Shown: piece by piece, positions 12,951-26,791 of the stretch | How the letters are laid out: the number at the start of each line of letters is the position of its first letter | Numbering within the stretch: position 1 is the first letter of the stretch | Source of the DNA: Eledone cirrhosa | Taxonomy: Eukaryota | Length of the DNA stretch: 64,000 bases | Direction: 5' to 3' | NCBI GenBank assembly: GCA_964016885.1 | Contig: OZ024740.1 | Location: 434,930,001-434,994,000, forward strand | Translations under genes and position numbers: made by a program | Notes under the pieces: model-generated | Told to the model about the DNA's origin: nothing | Database searches by the model: none | Seen by the model: the letters and a program-made list of their open reading frames with translations, nothing else

Positions 12951-15163
12951 GGGAAACTGTTTTAATGGAACTAACTCAGGTATATGATAGGTGGCGCTGT
13001 GGGTAACTGTTTTAATAGAACCAACTCAGGTATATGATAGGTGGCGCTGTGGGTAAATGTTTTAATGGAACCAACTGAAGTATATGATAGGTGGCGCTGT
13101 GGGTAACTGTTTTAATAGAACCAACTCAGGTATATGATAGGTGGCGCTGTGGGAAACTGTTTTAATAGAACTAACTGAAGTATATGATAGGTGGCGCTGT
13201 GGGTAACTGTTTTAATACAACCAACTCAGGTATATGATAGGTGGTACTGTGCGTAATTGTTTTAATGGAACCAACTGAAGTATACAATAGGTGGCACTGT
13301 GGGAAACTGTTTTAATGGAACAAACTGAAGTATATGATAGGTGGCGCTGTGGGAAACTGTTTTAATGAAACCAACTGAAGTATATGATACGTGGCACTGT
13401 GGGAAACTGTTTTAATAGAACCAAGTGAAGTATATGATAGGTGGGGCTGTGGGAAACTGTTTTAATAGAACCAACTCAGGTATATGATAGGTGGCGCTGT
13501 GGATAAATCTTTTAATAGAACCAACTGAAGCATATGATAGGTGGCGCTGTGGGAAACTGTTTTAATGGAACCAACTGAAGTATATGGTAGGTGGCGCTGT
13601 GGGAAACTGTTTTAATGGAACTAACTCAGGTATATGATAGGTGGCGCTGTGGGTAACTGTTTTAATACAACCAACTCAGGTATATGATAGGTGGTACTGT
13701 GCGTAATTGTTTTAATGGAACCAACTGAAGTATACAATAGGTGGCACTGTGGGAAACTGTTTTAATGGAACAAACTGAAGTATATGATAGGTGGCACTGT
13801 GGGAAACTGTTTTAATGGAACTAACTGAAGTATATGATAGGTGGCACTGTGGGAAACTGTTTTAATGGAACTAACTGAAGTATACAATAGGTGGCGCTGT
13901 GGGAAACTGTTTTAATGGAACCAACTGAAGTATATGATAGGTGGCGCTGTGGGAAACTGTTTTAATGGAACCAGCTGAAGTATATGATAAGTGGCACTGT
14001 GGGAAACTGTTTTAATGGAACTAACTGAAGTATACAATAGGTGGCACTGTGGGAAACTGTTTTAATGAAACTAACTGAAGTATATGATAGGTGGCACTGT
14101 GGGTAACTGTTTTAATGGAACCAACTGAAGTATATGATAGATGGCGCTGTGGGAAATTGTTTTAATAGAACCAACTGAAGTATATGATAGCTGGCGCTGT
14201 GGGAAACTGTTTTAATGGAACCAACTGATGTATATGATAGGTGGCACTGTGGGAAACTGTTTTAATGGAACTAACTGAAGTATATGATAGGTGGCGCTGT
14301 GGGAAACTGTTTTAATGGAACTAACTGAAGTATATGGTAGGTGGCTCTGTGGGAAACTGTTTTAATGCAACCAACTGAAGTATATGATAGGTGGCGCTGT
14401 GGGTAACTGTTTTAATGCAACCAACTCAAGTATATGGTAGGTGGCACTGTGGGAAACTGTTTTAATGCAACCAACTGAAGTATGTGATAGGTGGCACTGT
14501 GGGAAACTGTTTTAATGGAACCAACTGAAGTATATGATAGGTGGCGCTGTGGGAAACTGTTTTAATGGAACCAACTGAAGTATACAATAGGTGGCACTGT
14601 GGGAAACTGTTTTAATGGAACTAACTGAAGTATATGATAGGTGGCACTGTGGGTAACTGTTTTAATGGAACCAACTGAAGTATATGATAGGTGGGGCTGT
14701 GGGAAACTGTTTCAATGGAACTAACTGAAGTATATGATAGGTGGCACTGTGGGTAACTGTTTTAATGGAACCAACTCAAGTATATTATAGGTGGCACTGT
14801 GGGTAACTGTTTTAATGGAACCAACTGAAGTATATGATAGATGGCGCTGTGGGAAATTGTTTTAATGGAACCAACTGAAGTATATGATAGGTGGCGCTGT
14901 GGGAAACTGTTTTAATGGAACCAACTGAAGTATATGATACGTGGCACTGTGGGAAACTGTTTAAATAGAACCAAGTGAAGTATATGATAGGTGGCGCTGT
15001 GGGTAACTGTTTTAATAGAACCAACTCAGGTATATGATAGGTGGCGCTGTGGGAAACTGTTTTAATGGAACCAACTCAGGTATATGATAGGTGGTACTGT
15101 GCGTAATTGTTTTAATGGAACCAACTGAAGTATATGATAGGTGGCGCTGTGGGAAACTGTTTT

Positions 15164-15728
15164 CATCATCATCATCATCATCACCGTTTTACGTCCGTTC
15201 TTCCACGTTAGCATGGGTTAGACGGGTTGTCCTGTTGTGGGCAGTGTCTGGTCGGCTGACCATGCCTTGCTCATACAGGAACTGATCTGGCTTGATTTCT
15301 ACAGCTGGATGCCCTTCCTAACACCAACCTCATTTACAGTGTGGGCTGGGTGCTTTTTTGCCGTGGCACCTCCACGACCACCTTGCGGTGGGGGGTGTGG
15401 GGGCATATTGTTTATATGCTTCAGCATGTACCCATGGGAGGTCGGGTACCCTGTATTACTGCGTGACGCCAGAAGTCACGGTCGTGTGTCATTGACTTTG
15501 AGAGGTGTAGTTGGGTAAGGTCGGCTTTTATCACCTCATCCCAAGTCATCTTGGGTCTCCCCACTCCGCGGTTTCCATCAACTTCTAGTGCTCTGCACCT
15601 TTTTATGCAGCTGTCATCCTTCATACGCATCACATGTCCATACCAGCGTAACCGCCTCTCCTGCACGCAGCATTTGATTCCTCTTATGCTCAGTCTCTCT
15701 CTCAATTCCTTTATGCTTTGTCGTTCAT
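15164..15728 (-). mobile_element. 5'-truncated RTE LINE fragment, copy 2 (565 bp)
   Basis: Same junctions, (CAT)6 tail and TGTTTT TSD as copy 1; ORF remnant 15421..15705. Confidence 0.93.
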
Positions 15729-16734
15729 TGTTTTAATGCAACCAACTGAAGTAGAGTATAGGCAGCGCTGTGGGAAACTGTTTTAATGGAACCAACTGAA
15801 GTATATGATAGGCAGCGCTGTGGGAAACTGTTTTAATGGAACAAACTGAAGTATATGATAGGTAGCACTGTGGGAAATTGTTTCTATGGAACCAACTCAA
15901 GTATATGATAGGTGGCACTGTGGGTAACTGTTTTAATGGAACCAACTCAAGTATATTATAGGTGGCACTGTGGGTAACTGTTTTAATGGAACCAACTGAA
16001 GTATATGATAGGTGGCGCTGTGGGAAACTGTTTTAATGGAACCAACTGAAGTATATGATAGGTGGAGCTGTGGGAAACTGTTTTAATGAAACCAACTGAA
16101 GTATATGATACGTGGCACTGTGGGAAACTGTTTTAATGGAACTAACTGAAGTATACAATAGGTGGCACTGTGGGAAACTGTTTTAATGGAACTAACTGAA
16201 GTATATGAAAGGTGGCACTGTGGGTAACTGTTTTAATGGAACCAACTGAAGTATATGATAGGTGGGGCTGTGGGAAACTGTTTTAATGGAACTAACTGAA
16301 GTATATGATAGGTGGCACTGTGGGTAACTGTTTTAATGGAACCAACTCAAGTATATTATAGGTGGCACTGTGGGTAACTGTTTTAATGGAACCAACTGAA
16401 GTATATGATAGATGGCGCTGTGGGAAATTGTTTTAATGGAACCAACTGAAGTATATGATAGGTGGCGCTGTGGGAAACTGTTTTAATGGAACCAACTGAA
16501 GTATATGATACGTGGCACTGTGGGAAACTGTTTAAATAGAACCAAGTAAAGTATATGATAGGTGGCGCTGTGGGTAACTGTTTTAATAGAACCAACTCAG
16601 GTATATGATAGGTGGCGCTGTGGGAAACTGTTTTAATGGAACCAACTCAGGTATATGATAGGTGGTACTGTGCGTAATTGTTTTAATGGAACCAACTGAA
16701 GTATATGATAGGTGGCGCTGTGGGAAACTGTTTT

Positions 16735-17299
16735 CATCATCATCATCATCATCACCGTTTTACGTCCGTTCTTCCACGTTAGCATGGGTTAGACGGGTTG
16801 TCCTGTTGTGGGCAGTGTCTGGTCGGCTGACCATGCCTTGCTCATACAGGAACTGATCTGGCTTGATTTCTACAGCTGGATGCCCTTCCTAACACCAACC
16901 TCATTTACAGTGTGGGCTGGGTGCTTTTTTGCCGTGGCACCTCCACGACCACCTTGCGGTGGGGGGTGTGGGGGCATATTGTTTATATGCTTCAGCATGT
17001 ACCCATGGGAGGTCGGGTACCCTGTATTACTGCGTGACGCCAGAAGTCACGGTCGTGTGTCATTGACTTTGAGAGGTGTAGTTGGGTAAGGTCGGCTTTT
17101 ATCACTTCATCCCAAGTCATCTTGGGTCTCCCCACTCCGCGGTTTCCATCAACTTCTAGTGCTCTGCACCTTTTTATGCAGCTGTCATCCTTCATACGCA
17201 TCACATGTCCATACCAGCGTAACCGCCTCTCCTGCACGCAGCATTTGATTCCTCTTATGCTCAGTCTCTCTCTCAATTCCTTTATGCTTTGTCGTTCAT
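16735..17299 (-). mobile_element. 5'-truncated RTE LINE fragment, copy 3 (565 bp)
   Basis: Same junctions; 1571 bp after copy 2; carries C>T at 17106, shared only with copy 5. Confidence 0.93.
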
Positions 17300-18005
17300 T
17301 GTTTTAATGCAACCAACTGAAGTAGAGTATAGGCAGCGCTGTGGGAAACTGTTTTAATGGAACCAACTGAAGTATATGATAGGCAGCGCTGTGGGAAACT
17401 GTTTTAATGGAACAAACTGAAGTATATGATAGGTGGCACTGTGGGAAACTGTTTTAATGGAACTAACTGAATTATATGATATGTGGAACTGTGGATAACT
17501 GTTTTAATGGAACCAACTGAAGAATATGATAGATGGCGCTGTGGGAAATTGTTTTAATGGAACCAACTGAAGTATATGATAGGTGGCACTGTGGGAAACT
17601 GTTTTAATAGAACCAACTGAAGTATATGATAGGTGGCGCTGTGGGAAAATGGTTTAATGGAACCAACTGATGTATATGATAGGTGGCGCTGTGGGTAGCT
17701 GTTTTAATAGAACCAACTGAAGTATATGATAGGTGGCGCAGTGGGAAACTGTTTTAATAGAACCAACTCAGGTATATGATAGGTGGCGCTGTGGGAAACT
17801 GTTTTAATGGAACCAACTGAAGTATATGATAGGTGGCACTGTGGGTAACTGTTTTAATGGAACCAACTGAAGTATATGATAGGTGGCGCTGTGGGAAACT
17901 GTTTTAATGGAACCAAGTGAAGTATATGGTAGGTGGCGCTGTGGGAAACTGTTTTAATGGAACCAACTGAAGTATATGGGAGGTGGCGCTGTGGGAAACT
18001 GTTTT

Positions 18006-18014
18006 CATCATCAT
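18006..18014 (-). mobile_element. (CAT)3 micro-insertion with AACTGTTTT duplication, copy 2
   Basis: Sequence gtttt-catcatcat-aactgtttt, preceded by the diagnostic tatgggaggtgg variant. Confidence 0.7.
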
Positions 18015-20922
18015 AACTGTTTTAATAGAACCAACTCAGGTATATGATAGGTGGCACTGTGGGTAACTGTTTTAATGGAACCAACTGAAGTATATGATAG
18101 GTGGCGCTGTGGGAAACTGTTTTAATGGAACCAACTGAAGTATATGGTAGGTGGCGCTGTGGGAAACTGTTTTAATGGAACCAACTGAAGTATATGATAG
18201 GTAGCACTGTGCGTAATTGTTTTAATGGAACCAACTGAAGTATATGATAGGTGGCACTGTGGGAAACTGTTTTAATGGAACCAACTGAAGTATATGATAG
18301 GTGGCACTGTGGGAAACTGTTTTAATGGAACCAACTGAAGTATATGATAAGTGGCACTGTGGGAAACTGTTTTAATGGAACCAACTGAAGTATATGATAG
18401 ATGGCGCTGTGCGTAATTGTTTTAATGGAACCAACTGAAGTATATGATAGGTGGCACTGTGGGAAACGGTTTTAATGCAACCAACTGGAGTATATGATAG
18501 GTGGCACTGTGGGAAACGGTTTTAATGGAATTAACTGAAGTATATGATAGGTGGCGCTGTGGAAACTGTTTTAATGCAAGCAACTGAAGTATATGATAGG
18601 TGGCACTGTGGGAAACTGTTTTAATGGAACTAACTGAAGTATATGATAGGTGGCACTGTGGGAAACGGTTTTAATGCAACCAACTGAAGTATATGATAGG
18701 TGGCACTGTGGGAAACTGTTTTAATGGAACTAACTGAAGTATATGGTAGGTGGCACTGTGGGAAACGGTTTTAATGGAATTAACTGAAGTATATGATAGG
18801 TGGCACTGTGGGAAACTGTTTTAATGCAACCAACTGAAGTATATGATAGGTGGCACTGTGGGAAACTGTTTTAATGCAACCAACTGAAGTATATGATAGG
18901 TGGCACTGTGGGAAACGGTTTTAATGCAACCAACTGAAGTATATGATAAGTGGCACTGTGGGAAACGGTTTTAATGCAACCAACTGAAGTATATGATAGG
19001 TGGCACTGTGGGAAACTGTTTTAATGGAACTAACTGAAGTATATGATAGGTGGCACTGTGGGAAACGGTTTTAATGGAATTAACTGAAGTATATGATAGG
19101 TGGCACTGTGGGAAACTGTTTTAATGCAACCAACTGAAGTATATGATAGGCGGCGCTGCGGGAAACTGTTTTAATGGAACCAACTGAAGTATATGATAGG
19201 TGGCACTGTGGGAAACTGTTTTAATGGAACCAACTGATGTATATGGTAGGTGGCGCTGTGGGAAACTGTTTTAATGGAACCAACTGATGTATATGATAGG
19301 TGGCACTGTGGGAAACTGTTTTAATGGAACTAACTGAAGTATATGATAGGTGGCACTGTTGGTAACTGTTTTAATGGAACCAACTCAAGTATATTATAGG
19401 TGGCACTGTGGGTAACTGTTTTAATGGAACCAACTGAAGTATATGATAGGTGGCACTGTGGGAAACTGTTTTAATGGAACCAACTGATGTATATGGTAGG
19501 TGGCGCTGTGGGAAACTGTTTTAATGGAACCAACTGATGTATATGATAGGTGGCACTGTGGGAAACTGTTTTAATGGAACTAACTGAAGTATATGATAGG
19601 TGGGGCTGTGGGAAACTGTTTTAATGGAACTAACTCAGGTATATGATAGGTGGCGCTGTGGGTAACTGTTTTAATAGAACCAACTCAGGTATATGATAGG
19701 TGGCGCTGTGGGTAAATGTTTTAATGGAACCAACTGAAGTATATGATAGGTGGCGCTGTGGGTAACTGTTTTAATAGAACCAACTCAGGTATATGATAGG
19801 TGGCGCTGTGGGAAACTGTTTTAATAGAACTAACTGAAGTATATGATAGGTGGCACTGTGGGAAACTGTTTTAATAGAACCAACTGAAGTATATGATAAG
19901 TGGCGCTGTGGGAAACTGTTTTAATGCAACCAACTGAAGTATATGATAGGTGGCACTGTGCGTAATTGTTTTAATGGAACCAACTGAAGTATATGATAGG
20001 TGGCACTGTGGGAAACTGTTTTAATGGAACTAACTGAAGTATATGATAGGTGGCACTGTGGGTAACTGTTTTAATGGAACCAACTGATGTATATGATAGG
20101 TGGCACTGTGGGAAACTGTTTTAATGCAACCAACTGAAGTATATGATAGGTGGCACTGTGGGAAACTGTTTTAATGGAACTAACTGAAGTATATGATAGG
20201 TGGCACTGTGGGAAACTGTTTTAATGCAACCAACTGAAGTATATGATAGGTGGCACTGTGGGAAACTGTTTTAATGGAACTAACTGAAGTATATGATAGG
20301 TGGCACTGTGGGTAACTGTTTTAATGGAACCAACTGAAGTATATGATAGGTGGCACTGTGGGAAACTGTTTTAATGGAACTAACTGAATTATATGATATG
20401 TGGAACTGTGGATAACTGTTTTAATGGAACCAACTGAAGAATATGATAGATGGCGCTGTGGGAAATTGTTTTAATGGAACCAACTGAAGTATATGATAGG
20501 TGGCACTGTGGGAAACTGTTTTAATAGAACCAACTGAAGTATATGATAGGTGGCGCTGTGGGAAAATGGTTTAATGGAACCAACTGATGTATATGATAGG
20601 TGGCGCTGTGGGTAGCTGTTTTAATAGAACCAACTGAAGTATATGATAGGTGGCGCAGTGGGAAACTGTTTTAATAGAACCAACTCAGGTATATGATAGG
20701 TGGCGCTGTGGGAAACTGTTTTAATGGAACCAACTGAAGTATATGATAGGTGGCACTGTGGGTAACTGTTTTAATGGAACCAACTGAAGTATATGATAGG
20801 TGGCGCTGTGGGAAACTGTTTTAATGGAACCAAGTGAAGTATATGGTAGGTGGCGCTGTGGGAAACTGTTTTAATGGAACCAACTGAAGTATATGGGAGG
20901 TGGCGCTGTGGGAAACTGTTTT

Positions 20923-20931
20923 CATCATCAT
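20923..20931 (-). mobile_element. (CAT)3 micro-insertion, copy 3
   Basis: Same sequence and flanks; 2917 bp after copy 2. Confidence 0.7.
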
Positions 20932-23900
20932 AACTGTTTTAATAGAACCAACTCAGGTATATGATAGGTGGCACTGTGGGTAACTGTTTTAATGGAACCA
21001 ACTGAAGTATATGATAGGTGGCGCTGTGGGAAACTGTTTTAATGGAACCAACTGAAGTATATGGTAGGTGGCACTGTGGGTAACTGTTTTAATGGAACCA
21101 ACTGAAGTATATGATAGATGGCGCTGTGGGAAACTGTTTTAATGGAACTAACTGAAGTATATGATAGGTGGCACTGTGGGAAACTGTTTTAATGGAACTA
21201 ACTGAAGTATATGATAGGTGGCACTGTGGGAAACTGTTTTAATGGAACTAACTGAAGTATATGATAGGTGGCACTGTGGGAAACTGTTTTAATGGAACTA
21301 ACTGAAGTATATGATAGGTGGCACTGTGGGAAACTGTTTTAATGGAACTAACTGAAGTATATGATAGGTGGCGCTGTGGGAAACTGTTTTAATGGAACCA
21401 ACTGAAGTATATGATAGGTGGCGCTGTGGGAAACTGTTTTAATAGAACCAACTCAGGTATATGATAGGTGGCACTGTGCGTAACTGTTTTAATGGAACCA
21501 ACTGAAGTATATGATAGGTGGCGCTGTGGGAAACTGTTTTAATGCAACCAACTGAAGTAGAGTATAGGCAGCGCTGTGGGAAACTGTTTTAATGGAACAA
21601 ACTGAAGTATATGATATGTGGCACTGTGGATAACTGTTTTAATGGAACCAACTGAAGAATATGATAGATGGCGCTGTGGGAAATTGTTTTAATGGAACCA
21701 ACTGAAGTATATGATAGGTGGCATTGTGGGAAACTGTTTTAATGGAACTAACTCAGGTATATGATAGGTGGCGCTGTGGGTAACTGTTTTAATAGAACCA
21801 ACTCAGGTATATGATAGGTGGCGCTGTGGGTAAATGTTTTAATGGAACCAACTGAAGTATATGATAGGTGGCGCTGTGGGTAACTGTTTTAATAGAACCA
21901 ACTCAGGTATATGATAGGTGGCGCTGTGGGAAACTGTTTTAATAGAACTAACTGAAGTATATGATAGGTGGCGCTGTGGGTAACTGTTTTAATACAACCA
22001 ACTCAGGTATATGATAGGTGGTACTGTGCGTAATTGTTTTAATGGAACCAACTGAAGTATACAATAGGTGGCACTGTGGGAAACTGTTTTAATGGAACAA
22101 ACTGAAGTATATGATAGGTGGCGCTGTGGGAAACTGTTTTAATGAAACCAACTGAAGTATATGATACGTGGCACTGTGGGAAACTGTTTTAATAGAACCA
22201 AGTGAAGTATATGATAGGTGGGGCTGTGGGAAACTGTTTTAATAGAACCAACTCAGGTATATGATAGGTGGCGCTGTGGATAAATCTTTTAATAGAACCA
22301 ACTGAAGCATATGATAGGTGGCGCTGTGGGAAACTGTTTTAATGGAACCAACTGAAGTATATGGTAGGTGGCGCTGTGGGAAACTGTTTTAATGGAACTA
22401 ACTCAGGTATATGATAGGTGGCGCTGTGGGTAACTGTTTTAATACAACCAACTCAGGTATATGATAGGTGGTACTGTGCGTAATTGTTTTAATGGAACCA
22501 ACTGAAGTATACAATAGGTGGCACTGTGGGAAACTGTTTTAATGGAACAAACTGAAGTATATGATAGGTGGCACTGTGGGAAACTGTTTTAATGGAACTA
22601 ACTGAAGTATATGATAGGTGGCACTGTGGGAAACTGTTTTAATGGAACTAACTGAAGTATACAATAGGTGGCGCTGTGGGAAACTGTTTTAATGGAACCA
22701 ACTGAAGTATATGATAGGTGGCGCTGTGGGAAACTGTTTTAATGGAACCAGCTGAAGTATATGATAAGTGGCACTGTGGGAAACTGTTTTAATGGAACTA
22801 ACTGAAGTATACAATAGGTGGCACTGTGGGAAACTGTTTTAATGAAACTAACTGAAGTATATGATAGGTGGCACTGTGGGTAACTGTTTTAATGGAACCA
22901 ACTGAAGTATATGATAGATGGCGCTGTGGGAAATTGTTTTAATAGAACCAACTGAAGTATATGATAGCTGGCGCTGTGGGAAACTGTTTTAATGGAACCA
23001 ACTGATGTATATGATAGGTGGCACTGTGGGAAACTGTTTTAATGGAACTAACTGAAGTATATGATAGGTGGCGCTGTGGGAAACTGTTTTAATGGAACTA
23101 ACTGAAGTATATGGTAGGTGGCTCTGTGGGAAACTGTTTTAATGCAACCAACTGAAGTATATGATAGGTGGCGCTGTGGGTAACTGTTTTAATGCAACCA
23201 ACTCAAGTATATGGTAGGTGGCACTGTGGGAAACTGTTTTAATGCAACCAACTGAAGTATGTGATAGGTGGCACTGTGGGAAACTGTTTTAATGGAACCA
23301 ACTGAAGTATATGATAGGTGGCGCTGTGGGAAACTGTTTTAATGGAACCAACTGAAGTATACAATAGGTGGCACTGTGGGAAACTGTTTTAATGGAACTA
23401 ACTGAAGTATATGATAGGTGGCACTGTGGGTAACTGTTTTAATGGAACCAACTGAAGTATATGATAGGTGGGGCTGTGGGAAACTGTTTCAATGGAACTA
23501 ACTGAAGTATATGATAGGTGGCACTGTGGGTAACTGTTTTAATGGAACCAACTCAAGTATATTATAGGTGGCACTGTGGGTAACTGTTTTAATGGAACCA
23601 ACTGAAGTATATGATAGATGGCGCTGTGGGAAATTGTTTTAATGGAACCAACTGAAGTATATGATAGGTGGCGCTGTGGGAAACTGTTTTAATGGAACCA
23701 ACTGAAGTATATGATACGTGGCACTGTGGGAAACTGTTTAAATAGAACCAAGTGAAGTATATGATAGGTGGCGCTGTGGGTAACTGTTTTAATAGAACCA
23801 ACTCAGGTATATGATAGGTGGCGCTGTGGGAAACTGTTTTAATGGAACCAACTCAGGTATATGATAGGTGGTACTGTGCGTAATTGTTTTAATGGAACCA

Positions 23901-23940
23901 ACTGAAGTATATGATAGGTGGCGCTGTGGGAAACTGTTTT

Positions 23941-24505
23941 CATCATCATCATCATCATCACCGTTTTACGTCCGTTCTTCCACGTTAGCATGGGTTAGAC
24001 GGGTTGTCCTGTTGTGGGCAGTGTCTGGTCGGCTGACCATGCCTTGCTCATACAGGAACTGATCTGGCTTGATTTCTACAGCTGGATGCCCTTCCTAACA
24101 CCAACCTCATTTACAGTGTGGGCTGGGTGCTTTTTTGCCGTGGCACCTCCACGACCACCTTGCGGTGGGGGGTGTGGGGGCATATTGTTTATATGCTTCA
24201 GCATGTACCCATGGGAGGTCGGGTACCCTGTATTACTGCGTGACGCCAGAAGTCACGGTCGTGTGTCATTGACTTTGAGAGGTGTAGTTGGGTAAGGTCG
24301 GCTTTTATCACCTCATCCCAAGTCATCTTGGGTCTCCCCACTCCGCGGTTTCCATCAACTTCTAGTGCTCTGCACCTTTTTATGCAGCTGTCATCCTTCA
24401 TACGCATCACATGTCCATACCAGCGTAACCGCCTCTCCTGCACGCAGCATTTGATTCCTCTTATGCTCAGTCTCTCTCTCAATTCCTTTATGCTTTGTCG
24501 TTCAT
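23941..24505 (-). mobile_element. 5'-truncated RTE LINE fragment, copy 4 (565 bp)
   Basis: Appears identical to copy 2; offset 8777 bp. Confidence 0.93.
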
Positions 24506-25511
24506 TGTTTTAATGCAACCAACTGAAGTAGAGTATAGGCAGCGCTGTGGGAAACTGTTTTAATGGAACCAACTGAAGTATATGATAGGCAGCGCTGTGG
24601 GAAACTGTTTTAATGGAACAAACTGAAGTATATGATAGGTAGCACTGTGGGAAATTGTTTCTATGGAACCAACTCAAGTATATGATAGGTGGCACTGTGG
24701 GTAACTGTTTTAATGGAACCAACTCAAGTATATTATAGGTGGCACTGTGGGTAACTGTTTTAATGGAACCAACTGAAGTATATGATAGGTGGCGCTGTGG
24801 GAAACTGTTTTAATGGAACCAACTGAAGTATATGATAGGTGGAGCTGTGGGAAACTGTTTTAATGAAACCAACTGAAGTATATGATACGTGGCACTGTGG
24901 GAAACTGTTTTAATGGAACTAACTGAAGTATACAATAGGTGGCACTGTGGGAAACTGTTTTAATGGAACTAACTGAAGTATATGAAAGGTGGCACTGTGG
25001 GTAACTGTTTTAATGGAACCAACTGAAGTATATGATAGGTGGGGCTGTGGGAAACTGTTTTAATGGAACTAACTGAAGTATATGATAGGTGGCACTGTGG
25101 GTAACTGTTTTAATGGAACCAACTCAAGTATATTATAGGTGGCACTGTGGGTAACTGTTTTAATGGAACCAACTGAAGTATATGATAGATGGCGCTGTGG
25201 GAAATTGTTTTAATGGAACCAACTGAAGTATATGATAGGTGGCGCTGTGGGAAACTGTTTTAATGGAACCAACTGAAGTATATGATACGTGGCACTGTGG
25301 GAAACTGTTTAAATAGAACCAAGTAAAGTATATGATAGGTGGCGCTGTGGGTAACTGTTTTAATAGAACCAACTCAGGTATATGATAGGTGGCGCTGTGG
25401 GAAACTGTTTTAATGGAACCAACTCAGGTATATGATAGGTGGTACTGTGCGTAATTGTTTTAATGGAACCAACTGAAGTATATGATAGGTGGCGCTGTGG
25501 GAAACTGTTTT

Positions 25512-26076
25512 CATCATCATCATCATCATCACCGTTTTACGTCCGTTCTTCCACGTTAGCATGGGTTAGACGGGTTGTCCTGTTGTGGGCAGTGTCTGGT
25601 CGGCTGACCATGCCTTGCTCATACAGGAACTGATCTGGCTTGATTTCTACAGCTGGATGCCCTTCCTAACACCAACCTCATTTACAGTGTGGGCTGGGTG
25701 CTTTTTTGCCGTGGCACCTCCACGACCACCTTGCGGTGGGGGGTGTGGGGGCATATTGTTTATATGCTTCAGCATGTACCCATGGGAGGTCGGGTACCCT
25801 GTATTACTGCGTGACGCCAGAAGTCACGGTCGTGTGTCATTGACTTTGAGAGGTGTAGTTGGGTAAGGTCGGCTTTTATCACTTCATCCCAAGTCATCTT
25901 GGGTCTCCCCACTCCGCGGTTTCCATCAACTTCTAGTGCTCTGCACCTTTTTATGCAGCTGTCATCCTTCATACGCATCACATGTCCATACCAGCGTAAC
26001 CGCCTCTCCTGCACGCAGCATTTGATTCCTCTTATGCTCAGTCTCTCTCTCAATTCCTTTATGCTTTGTCGTTCAT
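25512..26076 (-). mobile_element. 5'-truncated RTE LINE fragment, copy 5 (565 bp)
   Basis: Appears identical to copy 3 (T at 25883); offset 8777 bp. Confidence 0.93.
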
Positions 26077-26782
26077 TGTTTTAATGCAACCAACTGAAGT
26101 AGAGTATAGGCAGCGCTGTGGGAAACTGTTTTAATGGAACCAACTGAAGTATATGATAGGCAGCGCTGTGGGAAACTGTTTTAATGGAACAAACTGAAGT
26201 ATATGATAGGTGGCACTGTGGGAAACTGTTTTAATGGAACTAACTGAATTATATGATATGTGGAACTGTGGATAACTGTTTTAATGGAACCAACTGAAGA
26301 ATATGATAGATGGCGCTGTGGGAAATTGTTTTAATGGAACCAACTGAAGTATATGATAGGTGGCACTGTGGGAAACTGTTTTAATAGAACCAACTGAAGT
26401 ATATGATAGGTGGCGCTGTGGGAAAATGGTTTAATGGAACCAACTGATGTATATGATAGGTGGCGCTGTGGGTAGCTGTTTTAATAGAACCAACTGAAGT
26501 ATATGATAGGTGGCGCAGTGGGAAACTGTTTTAATAGAACCAACTCAGGTATATGATAGGTGGCGCTGTGGGAAACTGTTTTAATGGAACCAACTGAAGT
26601 ATATGATAGGTGGCACTGTGGGTAACTGTTTTAATGGAACCAACTGAAGTATATGATAGGTGGCGCTGTGGGAAACTGTTTTAATGGAACCAAGTGAAGT
26701 ATATGGTAGGTGGCGCTGTGGGAAACTGTTTTAATGGAACCAACTGAAGTATATGGGAGGTGGCGCTGTGGGAAACTGTTTT

Positions 26783-26791
26783 CATCATCAT
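26783..26791 (-). mobile_element. (CAT)3 micro-insertion, copy 4
   Basis: Same sequence and flanks; 8777 bp after 18006. Confidence 0.7.
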